A DNA stretch of 64,000 bases from Octopus vulgaris (lineage: Eukaryota). Shown here piece after piece: positions 13,036 through 26,608 of this stretch (the stretch's first letter is position 1; every line of letters starts with the position of its first letter). Position numbers and translations under genes: made by a program. The stretch covers positions 132,928,001 to 132,992,000 of the forward strand of contig OX597818.1 in assembly GCA_951406725.2 (NCBI GenBank), written 5' to 3'. A model generated the notes under the pieces. The model searched no databases, was not told where the DNA came from, and saw only the letters and a program-made list of their open reading frames with translations.

Positions 13036-13037
13036 AA

Positions 13038-13233
13038 GGCAGCGAGCTGGTGGAATCATTAGCACGCTGGACGAAATGCCTAGCTGTATTTCAGCCGTCG
13101 CTACGTTCTGAGTTCAATATTCGCCGAGGTAGACTTTGCCTTTCATCCTTTCGGAGTTGATAAAATAAATACCAGTTGAACACTGGGGTCTTTGTAATCG
13201 ACAAATTTGCTGTTCTTGTAGAAAAATTTGAAA
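13038..13233 (+). mobile_element. SINE family B variant
   Basis: Head, central domain and AAATTTGAAA tail. Confidence 0.8.
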
Positions 13234-13283
13234 GTACCATCATCATTATTATTATCATCATTATTATTATTATTATTATTATT

Positions 13284-15165
13284 CTATGTTTGACTTTTGC
13301 TTTATATTTGTACAAGTTGGCTCCAAGTCTCACCCAGAGACCTCAAGAGACAACAGGGTTGGAAGTTCATGTTGTTGTTATGCCTAGTGTGCCATATATT
13401 TGGGGGGTGGGGATGTTGTACTAATGAATGTCTAAAAAGAAAAAAAAAGGTTTTTTTTTTTTTGTTTTTTTTTTAAACCGAAAATTATGTTTGTTTTAAA
13501 CCTTGAGATTACATAGAGAGTATTTTGCGTAGGATATGAGCAGTTCCCATGAGCACTATCTTTTGAACTTCTACCATTTTTGGGTTTCCTGGTATCTGAG
13601 TTAGGTAGCTATCAGCCCCTTTTGCTATCATTCCCAGGGCACCTATGACAACAGGTATTGTTTTAGTCTTCAGCTTCCACATTTTGCTGATTTCTATTTC
13701 AAGATCTTTATATTTGCTCAGTTTTTGGTAGGTCTTGACAGATACGTTTATATCGATTGGGACAGTCATATCAATGAGGAGGCATGTTCTTTGTTTGAAG
13801 TTTTTCAATATGATGTCTGGCCTATTTGCATCTATCTTCCTGTCAGTTTGAATGGTGAAGTTCCAGAGGAGTGAGATGTGGTCATTTTCAAGCACTGGGG
13901 GTGGTTTGTGTTCCCACCAGTTTTTTTCATGGGGCAAATCCAGGTTTTTACAGATTACCCAGTGAATATATTGTGCAGCTCTATCGTGCCTGTTGAGATA
14001 CTCTGTAGGCGCTAGAAGACTGCACTTGGAGACCACATGGTCAATGGTTTCATTTTGTTGCTTGCATACACGACACGTTGGACTGCTTCTGATCTTTAAT
14101 ATGTTGGCCTGGTAGTTTCTTGTTGGTAGGCATTGATCTTGAGCTGCTATGATAAACCCCTCTGTTTCAGATTTTAAGCCAGAGGCCATTAGCCATTGAT
14201 GGGTCAGGGCTTTGTCGATATCTGCATTATTCGCTCTCTTTGGGTATTTGCCATAGAGAGGTTTTTCTTGCCATTTATTATTCAGAATATCTAAGGCCGC
14301 AGTTTTGGCACGGGTTTTCATGCGCCTAGCTTTTTCTGTGCTTGTTTCTTGTATATCTATCTCTAATTCCGAAATTGGTTGTATTCGGAATTCACTTAGA
14401 TATTCCTTTGCCTGTTTTGTGACTGAGTATGATGCTTTCTTGTTTTCATGTTTTGAGACAAGTTTTAGCATCCAGTCCTCAGAGTTTTCAGGTAGGTGTC
14501 TAGGCCAATTGTAGCAATCTTCATTGTTATTGCCAGTTGCAAAAGACCACGGCCTCCCTCTTTTCTTGGCAGATAGAGTCGTTCTGTATCTGCCTTAGGG
14601 TGGTGCATTCTATGCATTGTCAACAGTTTCCTTATTTTTCTGTCGAGCTGACATATTTCAGTAATTGACCAGTTAACAATATTGAAACTGTAAGTCACGA
14701 CTGGTATAGCTAATGCATTGATTGCTTCGATCCTGTTTCTTGCATTCAGCTCTGTCTTGAGTATTGCTCTCACTCTTCGATAGCATTCTCTCCTGATCCT
14801 TTCCTTCATCTCTGAATGCCTTATTCCGTTCCCTTCAATTATCCCTAGGTACTTGTAGCTCTCCGCTGGGTCTAGTTCTTTTATGACATTCTGTTGGTCA
14901 AGGTTAACGTTAGATGTTTCTGTCATTTTTCCTTTGATAAAGGTAGCCTTTGCACATTTATCGAGGCCGAATTGCATTCTGATGTCGTCACTGAATTGTT
15001 TGACTATCGCTAGTAAGCCCTTGAGTTGTTGATCATTTTTTGCAAAAAGCTTTAAATCATCCATGTAAACGAGATGATTTATATTTTTATCAAACATTTT
15101 ATACCCGTACTGCGCGTCATTGAGCAGCTTTGAGAGAGGTATTAAGGATAAACAAAAGAGGAGTG

Positions 15166-15167
<2 letters not shown>
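13284..15167 (-). mobile_element. R4/Dong-clade non-LTR retrotransposon, 5'-truncated (RT C-half plus CCHC and restriction-like endonuclease)
   Basis: PLLFCLSL, YMDDLKLF, YKYLG, GGRGL, CRVCKQQNETIDHVVSKC, RHDRA, RPDI, LIDMTVP, KLSKYKDL; one frameshift near 14475; (TAA)n on both sides. Confidence 0.95.
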
Positions 15168-15224
<57 letters not shown>

Positions 15225-15225
<1 letters not shown>

Positions 15226-15412
15226 TATGTTTGACTTTTGCTTTACATTTGCTCAAGCTGGCTCCAAGTCTCACCCAGAGACCTCAAGAGACAACAAGTT
15301 GGAAGTTCATGTTGGTGTTATGCGTAGGGTGCCATATATTTGGTTTTGTACTTAGTGTTGTACTAGTAAATGCCTAAAAAACCATGCGAAAATTACGTTT
15401 GTTTTAAAACTT
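15225..15412 (-). mobile_element. R4/Dong 3'UTR-only copy
   Basis: Matches 13284-13500; lies in (TAA)n. Confidence 0.9.
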
Positions 15413-15446
15413 CTATTATTATTATTATTACTATTATTATTATTAA

Positions 15447-15485
<39 letters not shown>

Positions 15486-15502
15486 AAATATTATTATTAT
15501 TA

Positions 15503-15563
<61 letters not shown>

Positions 15564-15580
15564 AAATATTATTATTATTA

Positions 15581-15632
<52 letters not shown>

Positions 15633-15649
15633 AAATATTATTATTATTA

Positions 15650-15701
<52 letters not shown>

Positions 15702-15718
15702 AAATATTATTATTATTA

Positions 15719-15773
<55 letters not shown>

Positions 15774-15790
15774 AAATATTATTATTATTA

Positions 15791-15827
<37 letters not shown>

Positions 15828-15850
15828 TATTATTATTATTATTATTATTA
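15413..15850. repeat. (ATT)n array with higher-order periodicity
   Basis: AAAAAT..ATC interruptions recur 5 times about 70-80 bp apart. Confidence 0.95.
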
Positions 15851-15992
15851 AGGTGGTGAGCTGGCAGAATCGTCAGCACGCCGAACAAAATGCTTAGCAG
15901 TTTTTCGTCCGTCTTCACGTTCTGGGTTATTATTTTATGGTTTATTTTTTTATGCTTAATTCTGTTATATATTTACTGTATTTGTTATATAG

Positions 15993-16287
15993 TTTTTTTA
16001 CGACGGACTTTCTCGTTGAGGACAGCGTATAAGTATTCGGCTTTTGCCGAGTGACCTGCACAAATGATTTGTTTATAATAATCAAATGTATGTGCTGTAC
16101 CATAGCTCACTCCCTCGGTCAAATCGACGTTGCCCGAACTAGTGTACGGTGTACTATGCGCTGAACTGATTGCAGAGCAGCGTAAGATGAAGTGTCTTGC
16201 TCAAGAACAACAGCGCACCACCTGGTCTAAGAATTGAAACCACGATTGTGAGATCGTGATACCCAACCACTAGGCCATGAGTCCTCA
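15993..16287 (-). mobile_element. SINE family G (tRNA head plus TTCTTGAGCAAGACACTT core, unique tail with poly-A)
   Basis: Core shared with families E and F; tail ends GTCCGTCGTAAAAAAA. Confidence 0.7.
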
Positions 16288-16336
16288 TAGTTTTTATATT
16301 CTTACAATAAATGTTATTGTTAGCCTGTTATTTATT

Positions 16337-16370
16337 CACTAGCGGGACCCGTGAATATTTCACGGAATTA
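16337..16370 (-). mobile_element. Possible Helitron/Helentron-type terminus (hairpin plus CTAG-T)
   Basis: Minus strand CCGTGAA-ATA-TTCACGG hairpin followed by GTCCCGCTAG then T. Confidence 0.35.
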
Positions 16371-16419
16371 ATGGTAAATTTATTGGGTTATTTCTGAAAA
16401 ATTTATTTAAAAAACCTTT

Positions 16420-16704
16420 GAAGCCAGTGCCGCCTCGACTGGCTTCCGTGCAGGTGGCACGTAAAATGCACCAATCCGACCGTGGCCGATGCCAGCCTCG
16501 CCTGGCACCAGTGCAGGTGGCACGTAAAAAGCACCCACTACACTCACGGAGTGGTTGGCGTTAGGAAGGGCATCCAGCTGTAGAAACATTGCCAGATAAG
16601 ACTGGAGCCTGGTGCAGCCTTCTGGCTTCCCAGATTCCCAGTCGAACCGTCCAACCCATGCTAGCATGGAGAACGGACGTTAAACGATGATGATGATGAT
16701 GATG
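16420..16704 (+). mobile_element. SINE family C 3' part (GGCAC hairpin units, tail GGACGTTAAAC(GAT)n)
   Basis: Homologous to copies at 20765, 41949, 53588, 57285 and 59130. Confidence 0.8.
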
Positions 16705-17276
16705 AGAGCGTAGCCTGTATCTTCTATAAACAACCTTGCCCAGACGTGTGCCTTTGAGGGTAATTTTCAAGGTGCAATCCCATGATCAATCATCTCTGAT
16801 GGGTTCTTTACTCTTTATCAAAGACTTGTAAACAGAAGTATTCCAGCCATGACCACTCCTTTTTTGTTTCTAAAGTCGAGCATAACAAGTCAATGGGTTA
16901 TCAGAATGCTTTGCTGTATTTGTTCCAGTCTCATATCCAACCAGTGTCAATTCTGTTTTTCATCTTTTGATAAAGTACCAGTCTAAAAATGGGGTCTATC
17001 TTTCTTCTCCCTGCTCTCCTATTCCACCAGATACACTATATGACATGATGGTGCACCTTCAAGTCCATCTAGTGTCTAGGAGTACATTATTATCTGATGT
17101 AGAAAAGTGCTGTATTGTATCTGCCTTTTATTTGTAAAAGAGTATGAAAGGATTTGATTTCAGGGTGGGGTTGAGTGAGAGTGTAAGTGAGTGTATGTGT
17201 ATGCATATGTATGTGTGTGTGTGTGTTCAACTATTCAATGTTTTTTAAGATACCATAGTTCCATAATTTTTTTATA

Positions 17277-17644
17277 GGCGTAGGAGTGGCTATGTGGCAA
17301 GTAGCTTGCTTACCAACCACATGGTTCTGGGTTCAGTACCACTGCATGGCACCTTGGGCAAGTGTCTTCTGCTATAGCCTCGGGCCGACCAAAGTTTTGT
17401 GAGTGGATTTGTTAGACGGAAACTGAAAGAAGCCTGTTGTATATATGTATATATGTGTGTATATGTTTGTGTGTCTGTGTTTGTCCCCCCATAATCGCTT
17501 GACAACCAATGGTGGAGTGTTAACTTAGCAGTTCGGCAAAAGATACCGGTAGAATAAGTACTAGGCTTACAAAGAATAAGTCCTGGGGTCGATTTGCTCG
17601 ACTGAAGGCAGTGCTCCAGCATGGCCGCTGTCAAATAAAAGAAT
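17277..17644 (+). mobile_element. SINE family A
   Basis: Family A sequence with small deletions. Confidence 0.85.
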
Positions 17645-18295
17645 ACCAATATATTGAAAGAAATTTCACACACTAATGATGATGATGATGGCGATGACAA
17701 CTGCAATGATGATGGTTATGATGGCAGTAATGATGATAATGTTCACAACTACAATGATGATGATGATAATGATGATAATGATGATAATGATGATGCATAC
17801 ATATACACAATTTCTGAAGACATAAAGAACTATTATTTTATGTTTATTGTATTTGTGTGTATAAATGCATATTCATAACAGATATGCCTTTATTTATGCA
17901 TTCATATATGTACATATGTATGCATGCATGTATGCGTATATCTATGTATGTATGAGTGAATTATTGTATTTATGTATGTATACACAACAAAAGTGTGTGC
18001 TGAGAAAGGGTAATAAACTAGAAGCATTATTGTTATGAAAGCATAAGTGAAACTTTTTCACTTGCAGAGCTAAGCACCAGCCGAGCTTTTGTAACATACT
18101 TTGAAAACATTTATTGAATAACAATAAATATTATAGTAAATGTTGACAAAAGCAGCAAAACTCGTATGGATGCTAACCTTGGTACAGTTTTTAGAAATGG
18201 GATGTCGTTAAATCATACAGGTTTTCAGATTATGAGGTGAGGTGGAAAATATTTTCTTTTAAAGTTGTTAAGAAAGAAAAAGTCTAGTGTGTACC

Positions 18296-18391
<96 letters not shown>

Positions 18392-18428
18392 CATATATGT
18401 ATATATATATACATATGTATGAATGTAT

Positions 18429-18467
<39 letters not shown>

Positions 18468-19009
18468 TTTCTACCTCTCATTTTAAACTTTCATTCATAT
18501 GTGTATACATACATGCATACATACATACATACATATATATATACATGCACACACACATACACACATATATATATAATATATATATGTATGTATATACGTA
18601 TGTGTGTATGTATGTATAAATGAGAGGTAGAAATGTTTGAAGAAAGAAATATTAATGATTTAAAAGGAAGAAGGAGGAGCAAATTACACAAAAGAGTTCT
18701 TATGCGAAACATTTTGGCAAACTGTAAAGGAAAAGCTTGTGGGTGTGATCCCAACAGCTTGAAAGGTGTACACAGAAAATCTTGCAATCTTGCATAAACA
18801 CACACATATAAATACACACACAAATACACACGTAATTACACACACGCAAGCATATAGAGACATATACAAGCATGCAGGAGTGTATATGATTATATATATG
18901 TGTTTATGGCTCTATAAGCTATATGTTTCCTTATAAAATTGTGATTATAAATATATGCCAAATGTATTAAGTTGTATTGAGAATGTTTGTCTCTCTCTCT
19001 CGCTCTCTT

Positions 19010-19238
<229 letters not shown>

Positions 19239-20136
19239 ATGCATATGTGTGCACTCTGGTTGAATCAATCATATGAAAGTTGGTTGGTAGGTTTATATTA
19301 TTAGGTAAAGAAGGAGAAAACTTAAATAGGAAAATATGAGCAGGCAATAACAATAGGAAAGTGAAAGAGTGGATTTTAGATTATGAAACACTTACAAGTA
19401 AGGTGTGCCATGATCAAGAGTCTGAATTTAAATCTAATTGAATTTTGTTACTGTAATGCTTTTGTTGTCAGCATCTGGCAGACATTTTAGGAGAAAGGCT
19501 GCCTCTTGGCAGGATGCAAATATACAGATTAAATTGAGAATGTTGGCAAAATATCAATAAAAGTAAATATTTTTTTCCCTTTTTAATATGTTTAATTTGG
19601 ATAATAAATAGTTAATCTTACATTATTCCTTAAGGAAGGTATACTTTGAATTCATTTTCTTTAATGTTGTTTATGATTGTTGTTACTGGTCTTTACATCA
19701 TGTCTTATTAAGAATTAGAATTTATACAAAAATATGTATTTTGTATTTTCTTTTCTTTTGCTTATATATATACATGCATGCATGTGTATGTGTAATATAT
19801 GCATATTTATACATATTTAAAAATGCATACATGTATGTATAGATATCAACCTGCATATATATATACATACATACATACATACATACACACATACATACAT
19901 ACATACACACAGGCATACATACATGCATACATACATACATACATACATACATACATACATACATACATACATACATACAATATGTATACATGCATTTTAA
20001 GTAAGCTTTTGCATAAACAAACTATATAATGTGATAATATTCAATTTGCATATTTTCCAGGCTTACTAGTAATTCTTTTGAAGATATCTAATTGTTAAAA
20101 TGATTTTATATGCATATACATATATTCACTATATTC

Positions 20137-20192
<56 letters not shown>

Positions 20193-20498
20193 GGAGAGAT
20201 GGATAAATAGATAGATATGCATGCACCATATATATATATATATATTTGGCGTGAGTGTGTGTTTATTTGTGAGTGAGAGATAAAGAGAAATTAAGACTGA
20301 CAGAGGAACATAAGGGAGCCTGAATTTATATATATATATACATATATGTGTGTGTGTATATGTATAGATATATATATATATACATACATATATATATACA
20401 TATACATATATATATATATATTTCTTGATTACATAAAAATCTACTAAATATGATGACATGTACAAAGTATCCAATTTTATAAAACATACAAACATGCT

Positions 20499-20535
<37 letters not shown>

Positions 20536-20552
20536 ATATATTCTTTTTTTTC

Positions 20553-20706
20553 ACTCTTTTACTCTTTACTTGTTTCAGCGATTTGACTGCGGCCATGCTG
20601 GAGCACCGCCTTTAGTCGGCCCGAGGCTATAGTAGAAGACAGTTGCCCAAGGTGCCACGCAGTGGGACTGAACCTGGAACCGTGTGGTTGGTAAGCAAGC
20701 TACTTA

Positions 20707-20709
<3 letters not shown>
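20553..20709 (-). mobile_element. SINE family A, internally deleted
   Basis: Tail joined directly to the head at GTCG. Confidence 0.8.
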
Positions 20710-20764
<55 letters not shown>

Positions 20765-20766
<2 letters not shown>

Positions 20767-21308
20767 CACAGCCAGCTCTGGCACTGTGTGGTGACATAAG
20801 ACACCATCCGAAGACCGCGACGTATATATACCTTCCTTCTGTGACACTGGAAGACCTGTTGAGGCAAGTGAAATCAATCAAATCAAATCAAAATAGATGA
20901 ACATAAATGGTTTATCTTTGTGGAAGTGCGGTGGACAACATCCGAGCCGTAGCCAGTACCTGGCCTCGTGTGGGGACGTAACAAACACATCGATCGGCCC
21001 AGCTCATCTGGCACCTGTGTGGTGCATACCCATCCGAGCGTGGCGTCGCCAGCCTCGTCTGGCACCTGTGTCGGTGGCACATCGGCGTGTGAGCCTGGGA
21101 CTGTGGGTGGCACTAACACATCCGGCGTGCGTTCGCCAGCCTCGTCTGGCACCTGTCGGTGGCACATAAAATCACCCACTACACTCTCGGAGTGGTTGGC
21201 GTTAGGAAGGGCATCCAGCTGTGATGCCAGATCTGACTGGCCTGGTGCATTGGGCTCCCATATATATGGAAAACGGACCTATGATGATGATGATGATGAT
21301 GATGATGA
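20765..21308 (+). mobile_element. SINE family C with degenerate tandem units
   Basis: GCCAGCCTCGTCTGGCAC units plus family C tail and (GAT)n. Confidence 0.75.
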
Positions 21309-21376
21309 TATATATGTATATATATGTATGTATATATATGTGTATATATATATATATATATATGTTTTTATGTATG

Positions 21377-21407
<31 letters not shown>

Positions 21408-21604
21408 ATGTATGTATGTATGTATGTATGTATTTATGTATGCATGTAATGTCATCACACGCATACACACATGCACAGATATATGCATATTCTACTACAG
21501 CTTCTGCGGGGTTTACTATTACATTTCTAACTCCTTTATGCTTCTCAACTGATATGCCGCCGCAGATACAACAGCAATAATCTTTTTACTGCTGAATACT
21601 GCTC

Positions 21605-21645
<41 letters not shown>

Positions 21646-22109
21646 TTCTTCCCAGTTTTACTCTCTTTTACTTAGAGGAAAGAAAAAACAAATGATAGCT
21701 GTAATCTGCCTGATGCATCATCATTCATGTAAGTTGTATTTGTTAAAGGGACAACAGTGGGAACAAAGTGCTTTCATTGATTTTTGCCTTCTTACACACC
21801 ACAGCAAAGAATATAAGCATCTTCAGGCATCTTTGCACTTACTTGATTGTTCAATGACTGTAGTTTATGGCAAGAGAAATATGACGGTATCTCAGTTGAG
21901 AGGTTATGACCTCTGATTTTTATTTTTTTTTATTTTATTCTATTTTGTTTTGCTTTTCGTTTTTTCGTTGTTTTTGTTGTTTTTTTGTTTTGTGTTTTGT
22001 GTCTTGTTTTTAACAGAGTGGATGACTGAAAAAAAAGGTTATATTATCTTTCTTTCTCTTTTCTCTCTCTCTCTCTGTACTTGTACGTTTGTGTCGATTC
22101 ATTTATATG

Positions 22110-22580
<471 letters not shown>

Positions 22581-22689
22581 CATATTACCTTTTTTGTGGT
22601 TCCCTTCAGAATGTACCTGGTAGTGTCAGCTGAAAGAGAATGAGCGAGAAGGAGGGGGAGAGAAAGAGAGTGGGGAAATAAGGAAGAGA

Positions 22690-22740
<51 letters not shown>

Positions 22741-23572
22741 AGATGGGTGAGGTGAAGCTTCCATGTTGTGAAAAATTCAAAGTCAAAGGCAGGAAGAAAG
22801 TCCAATAAAATGAGATCAGAGGTGATAAGAAAACATATAGAAGTAGTTAGAAAATAAATAAATGAATACATAAATAAATAAATAGATAAATAAATAAATA
22901 AATATATAAATAAAAGGTGGAGGTTCATAGAAGTTGATGGGGATCAAACTTACTGGAGATTGAAAGGGTCTAGATATATTCCAAAATGGAAGCTATTCAA
23001 TATTTTTTATTTTATTTTTTTCTTCTATTTTTTTCTATTCTTTTTCCCTGTCTTCTTAAAGAAATAAATATATACGAAAGTGAAAGCGAAAGCAAAAGCG
23101 GAAGAGGTGTTGGCAGGAAAGGCTAAAACGGTATAACCTTGTCAATGAAAATGTTAAATAGAAGTTTTCTGCACACCAGATATTTAAGGAGTTGAGGTTT
23201 GATCCACGAGACCTAGGTTCAATTTTTGGCAATAGCAATTCATATTCTTTTATGCTTTTTATTAATTTACAGGTTTCAGTTATACGACTGCCACCATGTT
23301 GAGGGCATAGTCATCACATGTTTTTGTTAATTATATTGACCCCCAGTTCTTATTTTATACTGATCACCTTTTTTTTCTATACTGTATTGCTAAGTTAAGT
23401 TTGTGTTCAGATAAAGGGATGCAAATTGATACACTGATTTATATTGGTAAACAGAAACATGAATATTGAAGCCAACAAAAAAGACTCGATGTCGTTCTAT
23501 ATAGAGTACATAGAGTACATTTTTACATTTTTTACATTTGACAGATATTTGTCCTCATCTTGTTTGTTGTTA

Positions 23573-23618
23573 ACATAACGTTTCAGCTGTGATATACCCT
23601 CCAGCCTTCATCAGGTGT
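23573..23618 (-). ncRNA. Minimal type I hammerhead ribozyme
   Basis: ACAC-CTGATGA-A-GGCTG..CAGCT-GAAA-CGTT-ATGT: conserved core, stem II, palindromic stem III; one stem I mismatch. Confidence 0.75.
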
Positions 23619-23682
23619 CTTGGGGAAATTTCGAACCTGGGTTCTCATTCCTAAGGTATTTTTCGATGTTATTATTATTATT

Positions 23683-24071
23683 CTATGTTTGACTTTTGCT
23701 TTATGTCTGTACAAGTTGGCTCCAAGTCTCACCCAGAGACCTCAAGAGACAACAGGTTGGAAGTTCACGTTGTTGTTATGCTTAGTGTGCCATATATTTG
23801 GGGGGTTTTTGTGTTGTACTAGTGAATGTCTAATACATAAAAAAAACAAAAAAACTTTTGTTTTAAACCTTGGGATTACATAGAGTATTTTGCGTAGGAT
23901 ATGAGCAGTTCCCATGAGCACTATCTTTTGAATTTCTGCCATTTTGGGGTTTCCTGGTATCTGAGTTAGGTAGCAATCAGTCCCTTTCGCTATCATTCCC
24001 AGGGCACCTATGACAACAGGTATTGTTTTAGTTTTCAGCTTCCACATTTTGCTGATTTCTATTTCAAGATC

Positions 24072-24072
<1 letters not shown>
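23683..24072 (-). mobile_element. R4/Dong LINE 3' fragment inserted in the Penelope (AAT)n tract
   Basis: MWKLKTKTIPVVIGALG... plus the same 3'UTR as the 13284 copy. Confidence 0.92.
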
Positions 24073-24130
<58 letters not shown>

Positions 24131-24134
<4 letters not shown>

Positions 24135-24205
24135 TCACTGCCTGGATCGAACCCGAAATCTTTGGTGTTAGTAGCCCGCACTCTTAACACCTACGCCATA
24201 TAAAC
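24131..24205 (-). promoter_or_regulatory. tRNA-derived Pol III A/B-box module
   Basis: A-box-like TGGCGTAGGTG (24198-24188) and B-box GGTTCGATCC (24153-24144) at tRNA spacing (45 nt), CT-ACT-AA loop between them; cloverleaf stems imperfect. Confidence 0.65.
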
Positions 24206-24714
24206 GTGGGCAATTATGGAGTGAATTTTAGGGCTTAAAAATCTAATATTTTCCTATCCTTCCTTAATACCGGTTCCCTTATGTTTTTCATATCCGCACT
24301 CGGTCTTATGAGGAGGTTGTTGTGTCCTAGCATATATGCTGCTTCTTGTAGTTTTCGTATTTTCCGGTGGTGTTCTCTATTAGTCTAGCTTCATTCCACA
24401 GGGGGAGGTGGTCTCCATTTTTACATACATGATCAGCTATACCCAATTTATCAATATCTCCTCGTGACACAGCTTTGTGACGTTCCTCTACCCTTATTTT
24501 GAGGAGGCGGCAAGTTTCGCCTTTGTATAACCTACAACAGCTGCATGGGATGGAGTACACGCAGTCTTTGGTCATATTCTCTTCTATTGGTGGTTTTACT
24601 CGAAGATATTTGTGTAGTTTTGTATTGCTCTTGAATACTGTCCTGATGTCATATGGGCCGCATATCTTTTGTATCTTTTCGGAGAGGCCTTTCATATAGA
24701 ATTAATTAATTATT

Positions 24715-25080
24715 AAGCACTCCGTCGGTTACGACAATGAGGGTTCCGGTTGATCCGAATCAACGGAACAGCCTGCTCGTGAAATTAACGTGTAAGTGGC
24801 TGAGCACTCCACAGACACGTGTACCCTTAACGTAGTTCTCGGGGATATTCAGCGTGACACAGAGAGTGACAAGGCCGGCCCTTTGAAATACAGGTACAAC
24901 AGAAACAGGAAGTTGTGGTGAAAGAGTACAGCAGGGATCACCACCATCCCCTGCTGGAGCCTCGTGGAGCTTTAGGTGTTTTCGCTCAATAAACACTCAC
25001 AACGCCTGGTCTGGGAATCGAAACCGCGATCCTATGACCGCGAGTCCGCTGCCCTAACCACTGGACCATTGCGCCTCCAC
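24715..25080 (-). mobile_element. SINE family D
   Basis: Near-identical to 7693-8076. Confidence 0.9.
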
Positions 25081-25084
25081 TTGT

Positions 25085-26190
25085 TTAGGCGTATATCAAT
25101 AAAGTTACTAAGTCTGTGTGTTTCACGGGACAGGCCTACTACAACTGGTCTTAATTGAAACCTTTGGAATGTGGTATATTAATTAAACAGCGGTGTTGAG
25201 CTTCTACACGCTTCATTTAGTACCTTGCTCTTGTGAATTTTGTGAGTCCGTAAAAATTGCTTGTTTTGCAGTCAAATCTCATGAAATACATTCTTTCCTT
25301 TTCCGTTAAGCCATTTTGAAGCAGTTGAACGAAGATCGTGGGGTTTTTTTTTCATTATATTTATTAGTTGGTAATTGTTCATCTTCTCATATTTGGTTTT
25401 ATCTCAAAGTAAGACTAGTGTAGTGTTTATGTAATGTTCCCAATCCATAATGATGTAAAGGGAACTGGTTGCTTCTTTACACCTGTGGCGGGTTGATTGG
25501 TTCAGACTAGGTAGATTCTAGATTTCAGTTAAATGTTCTATGACTATCGCGTCGGGGTCACCACTGTAAAGGGAACTGGTTGCGTTCTTGCTCATGACTG
25601 GAAGGTTCTGGAATCTAAAGAAAGGAGATTGTGTTGCACCCAAGTTGCACGCCAAAAGTGTAAAGAAGCAACCAGTTCCCTTCACAATGACTAAAGCTCT
25701 ACCTTTATCAGTTTCTCTGATAACTATATTGTGATCATCCTCGAGATCATTGATGGCTTCCCATTCTTTTCGGTTGTTATTTGATTTAAATTTCGGATGT
25801 AGTAGTAAATTAAAGAAAATTGGTAACAAAATCGCAAAATTTGTCGAGCGTTTAGTTCCTACGCTTTGTCGGACTGCAGTTGTTTTTTTATTATGAAGCA
25901 TTGATTCATAATTTATTTCTTTGTCAAACCATTCTTCAGTTAGGCGCAATTTTCAACGAAATTATTGGACATCATTCTGTGTTTCATTAATTTGGAATGT
26001 TGTGGTAAATTTGGGGAAATTTTAGTCCTTTGGAAAGAATTGGAATCTGTTGCGTTGAAAGGTTTATGTGTGAAAGGTTTGTTACCTTCGGTCTTTGCCA
26101 TCGAGTGTTTTGAATTGTGTCCACTGTTCAGTTTGAAATTGAAACAATGTCATGGACTAAGTCTACTTCCATGGAAACCAAAACTGAATT
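25085..26190 (-). mobile_element. Decayed Penelope-like element, RT N-terminal region
   Basis: KEWEAINDLEDDHNIVIRETDKGRALVI-MDWEHY; QLRPVVVGLSRETHRLSNFIDI. Confidence 0.8.
25454..25686. mobile_element. 233-bp MITE, 29-bp TIRs beginning TGT, 4-bp TSD ATGA (Ginger-like)
   Basis: TIR TGT(A/G)AAGGGAACTGGTTGCTTCTTTACAC; removing the element and one TSD restores the Penelope RT frame. Confidence 0.85.
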
Positions 26191-26194
26191 TAGT

Positions 26195-26349
26195 GGTGGT
26201 AAGTAGCTTGCTAACCAACCACATGGTTCCGGGTTCAGTCCCACTGCGTGGCATCTTGGGCAAGTGTCTTCTGCTATAGCCCCGGGCCGACCAATGCCTT
26301 GTGAGTGGATTTGGTAGACGGAAACTGAAAGAAGCCTGTCGTATATATG

Positions 26350-26384
<35 letters not shown>

Positions 26385-26608
26385 GTTTGTGTGTCTGTGT
26401 TTGTCCCCCTAGCATTGCTTGACAACCGATGCTGGTGTATTTACGTCCCCGTCACTTAGCGGTTCGGCAAAAGAGACCGATAGAATAAGTACTGGGCTTA
26501 CAAAGAATAAGACCCGGGGTCGATTTGGTCGACTAAAGGCGGTGCTCCAGCATGGCCGCAGTCAAATGACTGAAACAAGTAAAAGAGTAAAGCGTAAAAG
26601 AGTAAAAG
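26195..26608 (+). mobile_element. SINE family A, slightly 5'-truncated
   Basis: Family A sequence. Confidence 0.9.

Larger units (their letters stand above)
23520..24700 (-). mobile_element. Penelope-like element 3' part: GIY-YIG endonuclease plus pseudo-LTR, interrupted by a Dong copy
   Basis: CVYSIPCSCCRLYKGETCRLLKIRVEERHK...GIADHV...WNE; after a frameshift REHHRKIRKLQEAAYML..* (stop about 24235); downstream segment matches 36377-36497. Confidence 0.9.

Noticed and set aside
15352-15918. Poly-Asn/poly-Ile ORFs (also 6037-6626, 12824-13111, 40773-41202)
   Set aside because: Trinucleotide microsatellites, not genes.
20765-21170. Repeat-spacer-like pattern and 194-aa ORF
   Set aside because: The apparent spacers are indel-riddled versions of the same SINE C unit, consistent with decay or a noisy assembly consensus.
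21676-21728. Candidate plus-strand micro-exons (also about 41147-41175)
   Set aside because: Plausible AG/GT borders, but such matches are expected by chance in 64 kb of AT-rich DNA.
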